From an uncultured Gammaproteobacteria bacterium (lineage in GTDB: Bacteria > Patescibacteriota > Patescibacteriia > UBA1558 > 2-01-FULL-52-15): a stretch of DNA of 64,000 bases. The notes under the pieces were generated by a model, which saw only the letters and a list, made by a program, of their open reading frames with translations, was not told where the DNA came from and searched no databases. The position numbers and the translations under genes are program-made. The stretch lies in assembly GCA_964402565.1 (NCBI GenBank), contig CAYOCJ010000001.1, forward strand, positions 568,823 to 632,822, written 5' to 3'. This document shows positions 52,971 to 63,078 of the stretch, piece after piece. Position 1 is the stretch's first letter; every line of letters starts with the position of its first letter.

Positions 52971-54816
52971 GTTGCGAGTTATGTCAGACCAATCACAAGA
53001 AAACATCAGAAATATCGCGATCATCGCTCACGTTGACCATGGAAAGACAACCCTGGTCGACGCTCTTTTGAAACAGTCGAATACATTCCGTAATGCTGAA
53101 GCTATGGGCACGACGATCATGGATTCAAATGAGCTGGAACGCGAGCGAGGTATTACTATTTTCAGCAAAAATGCTGCTATTGCATGGAAGGGCATCAAGA
53201 TAAACATCGTTGATACTCCTGGCCACGCAGATTTTGGCGGCGAGGTAGAACGCATCATGAATCTGGTAGATGCCTGTTTATTGCTGGTTGATGCAAAAGA
53301 AGGTCCGATGCCACAAACAAAATTCGTATTGAAAAAAGCCATTGATGCCGGACATAAGATCATTGTGGTCATCAATAAAGTAGACCGCAGGGATGCGCGG
53401 CCAGACTGGGTACTGAATAAAACTTTTGACCTGTTCGTACATTTGAATGCATCAGACGAGCAGACTAATTTTCCGGTGCTTTACGCATCGGCAGTTCAGG
53501 GTCTCGCGGGAACCGATCACGCACTCGAGTCAATGAAAGATATATCGCCTATCCTGGATACGGTCATTGCCGAAGTGCCGAAACCGACAGGCGACCCGTC
53601 GAAACCGCTTCAAATTTCTGTCGTGAACGTCCGCTATGATAACTATAAGGGTCGTACTGCTATCGGGCGTGTCATGAACGGATCGGTGAGCAAAGGCCAG
53701 CCGGTCGTGCATATTGATCGCAACGGCGTCACTGCTCCGGCGAAAATTACCTCGATCATGGTCTTTGACGGCTTAGGAACCAAGGAAATAGACAGCGTCT
53801 CTGCCGGCGAGATCGTTGCTGTAAGCGGCATCGAAGATATTACCATTGGTGAAACGATCGCCGACGCAAATGAACCGAAAGCGCTGCCAGTCATGCAGAT
53901 AGAAGAACCGACCGTGAAGATGACCTTCGGGGTCAATACGTCGCCATTTGCCGGAACTGAAGCGACCTATTCAACATCGAGGAATTTGGAAGAGCGCCTG
54001 AACAGAGAATTGCAAAATGATGTTGCGCTCAGAGTTGAACGCGGGGCAGGTGAAGGCGCCTTCGTCGTTTCGGGCCGCGGAGAATTGCACCTCGCTATCC
54101 TTATTGAAAAGATGCGCCGCGAGGGCTACGAAATGCAAGTATCCCGACCGCATGTCATCTTCAAAGAAGAGAACGGGATTGTCGAAGAACCATTCGAGCA
54201 GGTATATATTGAAACGCCTGAAAACTTCTCCGGAGTCATTATCGAAAAGATGAGCAAACGAAAAGGCGAAATGAAGGATATGCGCGTCGAAGATACGGTT
54301 GCCTACATGGAATTTGAAATACCTACCCGAGGTTTCATCGGCTATCGAAATGAATTCATCACTGATACGAAAGGCCAGGGTATTATTAACTCCCTGGTCC
54401 TCGGCTACCGCCGTGAGATCGGCGATATTGAATCAAAAACACATGGTTCGCTTATCTCAATGGAACAAGGCGAAACGGTCGCTTACTCATTAGACAATTT
54501 GCAAGAACGCGGCACGCTGTTCATCGGCCCAGGCGTACCTGTCTACGCAGGCATGGTCATCGGCCAAAATTCCCGGGCAGAAGATATGGAAGTGAACCCG
54601 ATCAAAGCAAAGAAGCTCTCAAACATGCGGAGCAAAGGCGATGGCGCAGGCATCAGATTGGATGAGCCGCATACTATGGACCTTGAAGCATCGCTTGAAT
54701 ATATCGGCGAGGACGAACTGGTTGAAGTCACGCCAAAAAATATCCGTATTCGAAAAACACATCTCGACCCGCATGCTCGCAAGCGTTACAACGCTGAAGT
54801 ACAGGGAAAGCGCTAA
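52969..54816 (+). CDS. typA: Translational GTPase TypA/BipA
   Basis: 615 aa. G1 IAIIAHVDHGKTTLVDALL, G3 DTPGHADFGGEVERI, G4 INKVDR; EF-G-like domain order with the BipA-specific C-terminal domain. The likely true start is ATG 52981 (MSDQSQEN...). Confidence 0.95.
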   Translation: MLRVMSDQSQENIRNIAIIAHVDHGKTTLVDALLKQSNTFRNAEAMGTTIMDSNELERERGITIFSKNAAIAWKGIKINIVDTPGHADFGGEVERIMNLVDACLLLVDAKEGPMPQTKFVLKKAIDAGHKIIVVINKVDRRDARPDWVLNKTFDLFVHLNASDEQTNFPVLYASAVQGLAGTDHALESMKDISPILDTVIAEVPKPTGDPSKPLQISVVNVRYDNYKGRTAIGRVMNGSVSKGQPVVHIDRNGVTAPAKITSIMVFDGLGTKEIDSVSAGEIVAVSGIEDITIGETIADANEPKALPVMQIEEPTVKMTFGVNTSPFAGTEATYSTSRNLEERLNRELQNDVALRVERGAGEGAFVVSGRGELHLAILIEKMRREGYEMQVSRPHVIFKEENGIVEEPFEQVYIETPENFSGVIIEKMSKRKGEMKDMRVEDTVAYMEFEIPTRGFIGYRNEFITDTKGQGIINSLVLGYRREIGDIESKTHGSLISMEQGETVAYSLDNLQERGTLFIGPGVPVYAGMVIGQNSRAEDMEVNPIKAKKLSNMRSKGDGAGIRLDEPHTMDLEASLEYIGEDELVEVTPKNIRIRKTHLDPHARKRYNAEVQGKR

Positions 54817-54824
54817 CGTAAGAA

Positions 54825-54897
54825 CAGTGCGGTTGCTTATGCTGAACACCCTGCAGATCGGTCCCGGTGTGAAGCGTATGCAACCGCACTGATTATT
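54825..54897. terminator. Bidirectional terminator region between convergent typA and the L,D-transpeptidase gene
   Basis: 12-bp inverted repeat cagtgcggttgc (54825-54836) / gcaaccgcactg (54880-54891) enclosing a structured ~40-nt loop, followed by attattt. Confidence 0.45.
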
Positions 54898-55633
54898 TAA
54901 TGGAAACCTTTGTACCAACTTGCGCGAACCAGTAGAGCGGTTCCATATTCTCATAGCTTACATTCACACAACCATGGCTCATCGGGTGACCGAAGTTATG
55001 ATGCCAATAGGCGCCGTGAATATAATATCGATACTTGCCTGTCGTAAAGTGTAAATTCCATTTCGTATTCGGCAAATCATACCCTGGGCCTCCATAATGC
55101 TTCACCGGGACTTTATCAAGCACTTTAAACTCACCCACGGGCGTTGGCATAGTCTTCACGCCGCTTGAGATAGGAAAAGAAGCCATCTCGACATCTCCAA
55201 AGAAGTATTTTAAATGCTGTGTTTTAAGATCAACCTCGATACGTTTCTCTTCTTGAATTTTATCGCTATTCAAAGGATCAAATCCTGCAGCAACCTCATC
55301 CCCGTCAGAAAATCCGTCGCCATCAGTATCAGGGTTTTTGAGATCGGTGCCTAGTTTGATCTCCCATGCGTCATTCAGGCCATCCTTATCTGAATCAACC
55401 TGCATAAGTTTTTTCTTATCGCCGAACAAGGGCGAATAGCCCTGAGCGATCTCATCGCCATCACTATATCCGTCGCCGTCCGTGTCCGCTAACAGCGGAT
55501 CGGTCCCATACATATGAAGCTCATCATCATCGGAAAGTCCGTCATGATCGGTATCCACAATATCCTGTGCACGAGCGATGTGGCACACTGATGCTATCAA
55601 AAGCACTACGAATACATACAGCGCTTTTTTCAT
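54893..55633 (-). CDS. Secreted L,D-transpeptidase (YkuD domain) preceded by acidic Ca-binding D-x-D-x-DG repeats
   Basis: 246 aa. Signal peptide ALYVFVVLLIASVCHIARAQD. Repeats DTDHDGLSDDDE, DTDGDGYSDGDE, DTDGDGFSDGDE. Catalytic HGAYWHHNFGHPMSHGCVNV (cf. YkuD SHGCVR). Confidence 0.8.
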   Translation of the reverse strand: MKKALYVFVVLLIASVCHIARAQDIVDTDHDGLSDDDELHMYGTDPLLADTDGDGYSDGDEIAQGYSPLFGDKKKLMQVDSDKDGLNDAWEIKLGTDLKNPDTDGDGFSDGDEVAAGFDPLNSDKIQEEKRIEVDLKTQHLKYFFGDVEMASFPISSGVKTMPTPVGEFKVLDKVPVKHYGGPGYDLPNTKWNLHFTTGKYRYYIHGAYWHHNFGHPMSHGCVNVSYENMEPLYWFAQVGTKVSIK

Positions 55634-55678
55634 ATAAGCAGTATAGCATACTCGTCCTGGTTGAAGACATCCGTCAGT

Positions 55679-55707
55679 TTGAAAGCCGAAAAAAATTGAT
55701 ATATACT
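55679..55707 (+). promoter_or_regulatory. Consensus sigma70 promoter (-35 TTGAAA, 17 nt, -10 TATACT) 6 nt upstream of the pilin ATG; leaderless mRNA
   Basis: ttgaaa-gccgaaaaaaattgata-tatact-gtatgc-ATG (55714). Confidence 0.5.
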
Positions 55708-55713
55708 GTATGC

Positions 55714-56553
55714 ATGAAGAGACATGGATTCACACTTATTGAAATTCTGATTGTAGGAACGATCATTGTATTTTTGGCGCTCGCAGCATTATTTACGGTA
55801 AATTATTTCATTGATCGTGCCCAAATAGCTGCTACAAAGGCAAATGTGCGCCAGCTCGCTATAGCCATTAAACAATTGCAGATCGATACGCGCCAATGGC
55901 CTGAACGATCGTACGCGAGCCCCTCGAATCCCACGGAAGGTCCTATCATATGCAATATTGCTGAAGCGAATTTCAGATCTCCGATGCAAGTCTGCGTCCC
56001 GCCCACAGGCGGATGTGATTATCAGAACCAGGCGACTAGCGATTGCTTGACTCCAAACTCAGGTTCTCTGCCATTGCATGAGTACGCCCAGGGCATCGGA
56101 AATATCGCAGGCGCACTTGATGATTATCAGGATGATAACGGCAACTATCCGCATCCGGAGTGGACAGATCTAGAAGACAGCTGGGCACCAAGTTTATGGG
56201 CCGGATTAACCGGAAACCCGGGACGCAAATCATGTACGAAAACATTTACCAAAACCTGCACCACGGATGCACAATGTCCGACCGGTGAAAAATGCTATGA
56301 CAATGCGGCTTACTTTAATCGCCTGAACGATATGAATCCATATCCTAATTGGCGCGGGCCCTATATCTCGCAACCGATGTATGATGCCTGGGGCAGGCCG
56401 TTTTTTGCAGATTGCAATTACAAGCTTCCCAATACGAGCGACAAATACGCTTTTGCTTTCGGATCGCTAGGACCTGACGGCGTGAAAAGCACCAGCGATG
56501 ATATCGTGTTATATAATAGCTCGGTCACTCAAGCAAGCGGACCAAGCTGTTAA
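55714..56553 (+). CDS. Type IV pilin (prepilin-type N-terminus) with ~250-aa Cys-containing globular domain; candidate major pilin
   Basis: N-terminus MKRHGFTLIEILIVGTIIVFLALAALF is the canonical G|FTLIE motif. The track ORF 55567..56553 starts at an upstream GTG; the ATG at 55714 with the promoter immediately upstream is preferred. Confidence 0.7.
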   Translation: MKRHGFTLIEILIVGTIIVFLALAALFTVNYFIDRAQIAATKANVRQLAIAIKQLQIDTRQWPERSYASPSNPTEGPIICNIAEANFRSPMQVCVPPTGGCDYQNQATSDCLTPNSGSLPLHEYAQGIGNIAGALDDYQDDNGNYPHPEWTDLEDSWAPSLWAGLTGNPGRKSCTKTFTKTCTTDAQCPTGEKCYDNAAYFNRLNDMNPYPNWRGPYISQPMYDAWGRPFFADCNYKLPNTSDKYAFAFGSLGPDGVKSTSDDIVLYNSSVTQASGPSC

Positions 56554-56578
56554 TCTCTGATGCAGTTGCGTTACATCG

Positions 56579-56908
56579 CTAAATGCCGCTGGCGCTGATA
56601 TCGTTCAATAATTTAAAATAGTCGCCATAGAGCTTCGCGAGGATCCAGAGATTGAAGATCAGAGAAACGATCGTAATAATGATGATGGCAATGCCGATGC
56701 GTCTCGCAAGGGCATTTTTTTGCCGTGCGTATTTGATGCCCCAGCCAAGTCCAAAAGGCGGAAACAATGCGCTGATAATATACATCACGGCCTGCTTTGT
56801 TGCGGTTGTTGAAAGCTCGGATCGCAGCTGCTTTCCGCATTTCATGCAAAAAACAGCATCGGGCGGATTTTGAGTCGAACAAAATGGGCAGAGTAATTGC
56901 GCTTCCAT
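56579..56908 (-). CDS. Zinc-ribbon domain membrane protein
   Basis: 109 aa. N-terminal CPFCSTQNPPDAVFCMKCG zinc ribbon followed by two TM helices. Confidence 0.45.
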   Translation of the reverse strand: MEAQLLCPFCSTQNPPDAVFCMKCGKQLRSELSTTATKQAVMYIISALFPPFGLGWGIKYARQKNALARRIGIAIIIITIVSLIFNLWILAKLYGDYFKLLNDISASGI

Positions 56909-56909
56909 A

Positions 56910-57839
56910 CTACTGCATCCTACCGCTGTTTCGCGCTGCCAGCAAGACCGAGGGCGCTGTAGCGCTTAAGGCGAGTATTTCTCCGTCGGTGAATTCTCCG
57001 TCTCTCTTTGCCGCGCAAAGCAACGCTCCGACAACATTTTGATCTTCAAGCACCGGCACGGCCATAAGCCGGGGCCGCGCGTATGGCATAGCGCGGTGCA
57101 TAGGTTTGAAATCGGCCGCAATGATGCGAAAGGGCTTCTGTGTCTTGAATACTTCGGATAATACTGTATCTTTATCCAAATTTTCTTCAGCGCCGATCAA
57201 ATGCTCATAGTACCCGAAATCAGAAAGAATTTTGAGTGATTGTCCTGATGCATTGAATGAAGCAAAGAGGGCTTTTTCTGCATTAAATGATAAGGCCAGC
57301 ATTTTAACCATCTCGTCCAGCTCTTGTCCGCGCGGCTGTTCATTCAGGATAGTCGACAAGCCGATCAATAAAGCCATAGTCCTCTGCCTTTCCCTGGAGC
57401 GGATGGCTTGTATGCGCCCCAGCTGATACAAGATTGACCGCTCGCCGACAGCTGAACGTTTTGCCAGTTCCAATGTTTTTAACACTGAGAACTCTATGAC
57501 CTCGGTCACCTCATCGCGTGCATGCACGTGATACGGATATCTCTTGCCGGGCTCAAGCAAGGTCGTATATCCCCATAAGTTGTGCTTATCGAGAATTTCT
57601 ACCGGAATGCGTATCAGATCAGTGTTCCGCTGCGGGTTGGTAAAGACAAAGCTGATCTCTATCTTGCCTTTCAGTATGAATAAGATCTTGGCATTTGCAG
57701 TGCCGGCATGATAGATTGATTCATCAGGAATATATGACTTGAGCGTGCCTGAAGAAACGAAAAATTCGAGGTCACGAATATTAACCCCGTCGAACAATTG
57801 GCTTTGAGCTAATGCATGCAGCGCCTCCTGCGAGTCCAT
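56910..57839 (-). CDS. Regulatory protein with N-terminal cyclic-nucleotide-binding (Crp-like) domain and C-terminal GAF-like domain
   Basis: 309 aa. cNMP-binding-like LFDGVNIRDLEFFVSSGTLKSYIPDESIYHAGTANAKILFILKGKIEI. C-terminal alpha/beta region compatible with GAF; no DNA-binding HTH recognised. Confidence 0.45.
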   Translation of the reverse strand: MDSQEALHALAQSQLFDGVNIRDLEFFVSSGTLKSYIPDESIYHAGTANAKILFILKGKIEISFVFTNPQRNTDLIRIPVEILDKHNLWGYTTLLEPGKRYPYHVHARDEVTEVIEFSVLKTLELAKRSAVGERSILYQLGRIQAIRSRERQRTMALLIGLSTILNEQPRGQELDEMVKMLALSFNAEKALFASFNASGQSLKILSDFGYYEHLIGAEENLDKDTVLSEVFKTQKPFRIIAADFKPMHRAMPYARPRLMAVPVLEDQNVVGALLCAAKRDGEFTDGEILALSATAPSVLLAARNSGRMQ

Positions 57840-57990
57840 GTCGATAGTTACCTGTCAATAATCAGTTGCTTGTCACCACAGAAAATGCTTCTGTCTTGTA
57901 TGATATATATTCAATCACGATGGACCCAATATATCAAGCAACTGAGTAATCCTCCTCTTTCAATAATACCGAACAGCATGTATCATTCGG

Positions 57991-59340
57991 ATGATGTCAA
58001 CATGGTCTAACGCACTGCCTGCCTTCGTCAAGAACTCTCCAAGCGCTATCTGTTTGGCAATTTTTTTTCTTTTTTTCGTGATATATAACCTGAACCTGGC
58101 CTACGAAACGAGCGGCGATATACGAGGAACTGAATTAACGCCTGTGTCTATTATTAATGAGGGTAACTTGGAATTTAGCGAATTCTCAGACGGGACACCA
58201 GGCCAATACTGGTTCTATGCAGACCCTGCGACACAGTTGGTTGTATCAGTGTACCCAATCTTTACCGGCATTCTGGTGACGCCTGTCTATTGGATCGCAC
58301 ACATACTCGGCATAGATATCACGTCACTAGCGCATCAAAAATTCCTTGCAAAATTTTGCAGTGCAGCGATCGCCTCGCTGACGGTCGTGCTCATGTACCT
58401 GCTGGTACTCGAGGTAAGTACACAACGCACTGCTTTTCTTATGGCAGGACTCTTCGGATTAGGAACGGACATATGGGCCACTGCAAGCCGCGGACTTTGG
58501 CAGCACGGACCGGGGGTTCTGTTCATCATACTGAGCTTGCTCTTTCTATTACGTGGCAAAAAAAATAAAAACTATCTTCCCTGGGTCGGGCTCTGGATGG
58601 GATGCGCTGTCTGGACCAGGCCGGCTAATGTATTATTGCTATTGCCTCTCGCATTGTACGTTTTATTCCGTCATCGTCAATACGCTGCAAAATTTATTAC
58701 GCTTGGCGCGTTACCAGTACTTATGATGTGCCTGTATTCCTGGACATACTTCCATGAAATAAAAAATCTTGGGCAGGCGCAGGTCATAGAATTCAGCGGC
58801 AACTTTTTCCAGGGGCTTGTCGGCCTGCTTATATCGCCGAGCCACGGCATTTTGACGCATGCGCCAGTATTCATTTTTGCCTTTGCCTCTTTTTATTATG
58901 CTTTTCAGAACAGAAAAAAAGATCCGCTCTATCTGCTCCTTGTCATTGGATCTTTATTATTCCTGTTCTTCATAGCCAAATGGCCGATGTGGTGGGGCGG
59001 ATGGAGCTATGGATATCGATTACTCATCGAGCTGAGTCCTTTTCTTATGTTGCTTTCAGCCTACTGGTGGCATCATGTCCTCCGGCATAATAAGATCATG
59101 GCGAGCTGTTTCATTGTGCTCGCGCTTCTATCGGTCGGGATAGAAACTGTCGGGGCTTTTTTCAGCCCATGCAGATACGGCAACCGGACCGTCACGCTTG
59201 AAGACCAGAGCGGCTTATGGGACATAACATCGCATCCTCTACTGAGCTGTATCAATCGCGCGTCATTCTGCGATCCATCAAAGCGGCTCGATGTGTTATT
59301 CCATTGGAACAGTCCGTACAAAACTATTTGCAGGCAATAA
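57991..59340 (+). CDS. Polytopic membrane protein, GT-C-fold glycosyltransferase-like (PMT/ArnT-type), tentative
   Basis: 449 aa, >=10 TM. Conserved acidic/aromatic residues in the first extracytoplasmic loop (FSEFSDGTPGQYWFYADP). Confidence 0.35.
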   Translation: MMSTWSNALPAFVKNSPSAICLAIFFLFFVIYNLNLAYETSGDIRGTELTPVSIINEGNLEFSEFSDGTPGQYWFYADPATQLVVSVYPIFTGILVTPVYWIAHILGIDITSLAHQKFLAKFCSAAIASLTVVLMYLLVLEVSTQRTAFLMAGLFGLGTDIWATASRGLWQHGPGVLFIILSLLFLLRGKKNKNYLPWVGLWMGCAVWTRPANVLLLLPLALYVLFRHRQYAAKFITLGALPVLMMCLYSWTYFHEIKNLGQAQVIEFSGNFFQGLVGLLISPSHGILTHAPVFIFAFASFYYAFQNRKKDPLYLLLVIGSLLFLFFIAKWPMWWGGWSYGYRLLIELSPFLMLLSAYWWHHVLRHNKIMASCFIVLALLSVGIETVGAFFSPCRYGNRTVTLEDQSGLWDITSHPLLSCINRASFCDPSKRLDVLFHWNSPYKTICRQ

Positions 59341-59363
59341 GGTCCTTTACATTGCGCTTCACG

Positions 59364-61001
59364 TCACGGCGCAGTATGCGGGGCGACCTTATTCAGGTAG
59401 ATATATTGTATCGGTGAGAACAGCGTGCTGACTTTCCTTTTTTCAAGTACTTCATAGCCGCCGAGCGGAGAAAAAGAAAGTATGTATTTCATTTGATGCC
59501 CCGGTGTCAGCTCTTTGACATACCACGGAGCCCAGGTTGGTGTTTCGGAACCTAATAGTATTCCCTTTCCGTACAAATGCCAGCCATTCCACTCATAGCC
59601 TCCTTCAATATCAGACACAGCGACTCCTCTGCTCAGGAGTACATTGCCCAGGTCCCATCGAACTCGATTCCAAGATAGATAATCGTACGTTCCGATCGCG
59701 CTGCATGATGCTAGTACAATAAGCATTACCACAAAAGCCGTTGGCGACCATTTCACCGTTCGAAGCACAGAACCGCAATACAGCGCCACAACTGGCAGCA
59801 CAGCAAGTAGATATCGGTCAAATGAGAAAATGGGCAGCAAAATGACCATATACAGTACAAAAAAGTAGCTGACAAACCTAGTGTCCTGCAGATTATTTCT
59901 TGCATTGAGCATAACTAAAGCCATGAGTACAAGATTGAACGTGAGCGCGGCCGTCAATATGAACGGCCACACTGTCAGGGAATCTATTGCTATGTCTCCT
60001 TGCATGACTGAAGAAGCCGGACCAAGGCCTGTGATGTTAATAATATTTCCCATCGAAGGGAAAAATGCATGGTTCACCGCAGCATATATCAAAACGACGG
60101 CGCCAAGACCGGTGAGCACCCAACATTGCCGCGTACGCAGCCACGAGAGATTTTTTGCCAAAATCGATATTGAAACAGGCGTTAAAAATAATGAGAATAG
60201 GAGTAAGAAATCCCAGCCATTCGTAATGATATGTTGGGCATATGACAGGCCCTGATATAAAAACCTGGCCCCGACTGTAGTCGGCAGCGCATGCAGCATA
60301 AAAAGTATAGAGTAGAACATTACCAGTATTATTCCTGGCAATACAAAGGCAAGTAAAAACTGGCGCAGATGAAATGGTCTTTTCCGAAGCAGGTAGTAAG
60401 CTCCTGCACTGACGAATAGAACGATATTCGTCTGCCGTATAAAAAAACCTAAAACGGAAAGCGCTGATCCGAGCGTAAGGTATGTTACTTTGCTTTCTTT
60501 AAATCCCAGGAAATACCAGTACAGCGAGGCGACAAGAAAAAAGAGAGATGGAATATCGCTCATAAACGTGTAAGAAAGGTTCATGAAGATGGGATTAGCC
60601 CAGATCAGGAGTGCCAAAAGCAAACTCGATACAACAGGAACATCGCATTTTCGCAACAAGCGGTACATCAAAATAATAATTCCCCACGAAAAGACGATTG
60701 TACTTATCCTGAACAGGCTGAACGAAAATCCGAACACCGTTCCTAACACCGCACCATAGGCCATCAGTATATGTGAATTCGGTGATATCCAATCAGGATA
60801 ACTCAGGACGCCGAATTTCAAAAAATTATATATCGTTACTGTATGTACCCAGTCATCGTTCAAGGCAAATTCTCCCAACGGGCTAATGACAATGATCTGA
60901 ACAAGAAACAAAAAACCAAGGACGATATATGCATGTCTATCCCTTATTGCCCTGTATCCTCTGCTTATGCTGCGCGGCTGTTCCACGACCGTTCGTGTCA
61001 A
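59364..61001 (-). CDS. Polytopic membrane protein, GT-C-fold glycosyltransferase-like (ArnT/PMT family-like)
   Basis: 545 aa, about 12 TM with C-terminal soluble domain. First loop NDDWVHTVTIYNF (acidic loop typical of GT-C). Confidence 0.4.
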   Translation of the reverse strand: MTRTVVEQPRSISRGYRAIRDRHAYIVLGFLFLVQIIVISPLGEFALNDDWVHTVTIYNFLKFGVLSYPDWISPNSHILMAYGAVLGTVFGFSFSLFRISTIVFSWGIIILMYRLLRKCDVPVVSSLLLALLIWANPIFMNLSYTFMSDIPSLFFLVASLYWYFLGFKESKVTYLTLGSALSVLGFFIRQTNIVLFVSAGAYYLLRKRPFHLRQFLLAFVLPGIILVMFYSILFMLHALPTTVGARFLYQGLSYAQHIITNGWDFLLLFSLFLTPVSISILAKNLSWLRTRQCWVLTGLGAVVLIYAAVNHAFFPSMGNIINITGLGPASSVMQGDIAIDSLTVWPFILTAALTFNLVLMALVMLNARNNLQDTRFVSYFFVLYMVILLPIFSFDRYLLAVLPVVALYCGSVLRTVKWSPTAFVVMLIVLASCSAIGTYDYLSWNRVRWDLGNVLLSRGVAVSDIEGGYEWNGWHLYGKGILLGSETPTWAPWYVKELTPGHQMKYILSFSPLGGYEVLEKRKVSTLFSPIQYIYLNKVAPHTAP

Positions 61002-62371
61002 TAATAATTAACCCGATAAGTTCTGCCTGCTTCGTCCCATATCAATTCGGCAGAACCATGCGCATAGTTCGGGTGATCATTCGAATGAAGGAAAATAATG
61101 TCTTCATCGCCCAATGCCGTCAGCGTACGGAAAGCGCCTACGATCGACGCCACATTAGATTCGAAAGGCCTATAAGGAGCTATGTATACTGGTCGTATAC
61201 CCTGTATGCCAATATCACGTACAGCTTTCTGTAACGTCCGTCCGCTGGCATACACGTATGGATAATCCCGAGAAACAATATATATCCATGAGCATGCATT
61301 AACGAGCAGCAGCATAATGTAACATGCCATGGAATATTTTTTAAATTTAAATACTTCAGTGAAAATGGCTCCAGCAATAATGCCAGCCCCTACTCTCGGT
61401 AAATAAGCATAACGCGAGGCTAGCGGCCCCCACCAATGTACTGTTGAAAAAAATAGTGTCGGGAGGGCTGTAATGAGTATCCACAATAATCCATATCCTA
61501 TCGTTCTATTCCTTACGAGACCTAGCAAAACCAATATACATACGCACATAGCCGTCAAGATAGCACCGGTTGTGCCAACCATCGTAAAAACAGGTAAGAA
61601 CAAGTCAGCAATAAGAAAAGGCAATTTGACTATACTCAGGATATTTGGATGCCACCAGCCTTCCGAAACCGTCAATGCAGAATGCTGCCAAATGTATTGT
61701 TGGACAATATACATCATAGTAACTGTTCCAACAGATGCGATCAGAGCCCAATGCAGCCAGCTTTTTTCTATTTTCTTTTTTGAAGAAAAATGATAAAAAC
61801 CTGACACCACAAGCAGAAACGGTGTAATGACCGCTATTTCTTTCGTGCCGAATGCACACAAAACAAAAATAAAAGTGAGACAAGCATGTTGTGCGCGTTT
61901 AGATTCAAGGAACGTATTGTATGCAATGACTGATGCGAGGATGAATACGGTCGCTATGCTATGCAAGTTTGCTGCGATCCAAACGATAGGTTCATACGCT
62001 GAACCTGCCACAGCAACAAAACACAATGCTACGATGGACGCGGATGTCTTTTTTGTAAGTTGATACGTAAGGACACCGGTCAGAAAACTGACTAACGTGT
62101 GTACAACAAGACCCGCCAAAAAATAAATCCATGTTGCGTAGCCAAATAATGAAAAAAATACTGAATAAAATGCGTTCAGTGCGGGTGAATAAAAACTAGA
62201 AACTCGATAAGTTAGAATTTTCCAGACATCATTATCTAATAGCTGGCCATGCCATAACCAAGTAAAATCATCAGAGAAAAAGCTGCCATAGAACATGGTC
62301 CATGAGAATAATAAAAACGTAATTATACTCGCGATCAGAAGAAATGTAATATAAAGCTTGCGGGAGCTCAT
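60998..62371 (-). CDS. Polytopic membrane protein, GT-C-like
   Basis: 457 aa, about 11 TM, ATGA-coupled to 59364..61001. First loop FFSDDFTWLWHG. Confidence 0.35.
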   Translation of the reverse strand: MSSRKLYITFLLIASIITFLLFSWTMFYGSFFSDDFTWLWHGQLLDNDVWKILTYRVSSFYSPALNAFYSVFFSLFGYATWIYFLAGLVVHTLVSFLTGVLTYQLTKKTSASIVALCFVAVAGSAYEPIVWIAANLHSIATVFILASVIAYNTFLESKRAQHACLTFIFVLCAFGTKEIAVITPFLLVVSGFYHFSSKKKIEKSWLHWALIASVGTVTMMYIVQQYIWQHSALTVSEGWWHPNILSIVKLPFLIADLFLPVFTMVGTTGAILTAMCVCILVLLGLVRNRTIGYGLLWILITALPTLFFSTVHWWGPLASRYAYLPRVGAGIIAGAIFTEVFKFKKYSMACYIMLLLVNACSWIYIVSRDYPYVYASGRTLQKAVRDIGIQGIRPVYIAPYRPFESNVASIVGAFRTLTALGDEDIIFLHSNDHPNYAHGSAELIWDEAGRTYRVNYY

Positions 62372-62602
62372 GGAATAATGGTATCACAGTTCTCTACGTG
62401 CGTCCCTAATGAAAAAATGCCCAAATATGTTGAGCATCTTTTCATGGCAGGCCACCTCGAGTTGGAACCGTGGGGAAGCTTGACCTGGTTAGCTTTTCTA
62501 ATGCCTTTTCAGTATACCAGATCGACGCGCCTCGAGCACTAGTCAGCTGTGGTCAGGGCAACCATTTTTTGTATACTCCTCATACCCGATGATACTTCCG
62601 CA

Positions 62603-62630
62603 TTGACCCTATTTATAGACTTGATACAAT
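62603..62630 (+). promoter_or_regulatory. Consensus sigma70 promoter (-35 TTGACC, 16 nt, -10 TACAAT) 7 nt upstream of the ATG at 62638; leaderless mRNA
   Basis: ttgacc-ctatttatagacttga-tacaat-catagca-ATG. Confidence 0.5.
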
Positions 62631-62637
62631 CATAGCA

Positions 62638-63000
62638 ATGATCAACCAGCCTCAAAACACTACCATGAAAAATACTAGACTCAAAAAGATACTGCGCTCA
62701 ACTTGGTTTACTCCTTTACTAGTTTTAATAGTTGGTACTTTATGGATAATTCTCAAAAACTTTGAATCGCAAAAATCTCATTACTATATTCCTTGGTTGC
62801 TGTGGTTATTAGTGTTTCCTGTTATTATTTTTAGCTCAGTTCTAGTTGCTATTTCAATTGCAGCCAGTAAAAAATATAAAAACTGGTTTTTGGGCTTAAT
62901 AACTTTCATTGTAGTATATCTAATCGCATTAATGCTGTTTAGCTCTTCCTCCCTATTCGGTGCCAGTTTACGGGCACCATTTACTTTGTTTATAAGATAG
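62638..63000 (+). CDS. Small 3-TM hypothetical membrane protein
   Basis: 120-aa ORF with a strong promoter directly upstream; hydrophobic. Confidence 0.4.
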   Translation: MINQPQNTTMKNTRLKKILRSTWFTPLLVLIVGTLWIILKNFESQKSHYYIPWLLWLLVFPVIIFSSVLVAISIAASKKYKNWFLGLITFIVVYLIALMLFSSSSLFGASLRAPFTLFIR

Positions 63001-63026
63001 ACACTATAATTGTTGGGGAAAAGAAG

Positions 63027-63056
63027 CCCCGCCTAGCGAAAGCCGCCAGGCGGGGG
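63027..63056. terminator. Bidirectional terminator-like GC hairpin between convergent genes
   Basis: ccccgcct-agcgaaagccgcc-aggcgggg flanked by A/T runs. Confidence 0.4.
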
Positions 63057-63078
63057 AAATTAATTCAATGAACAAGTG

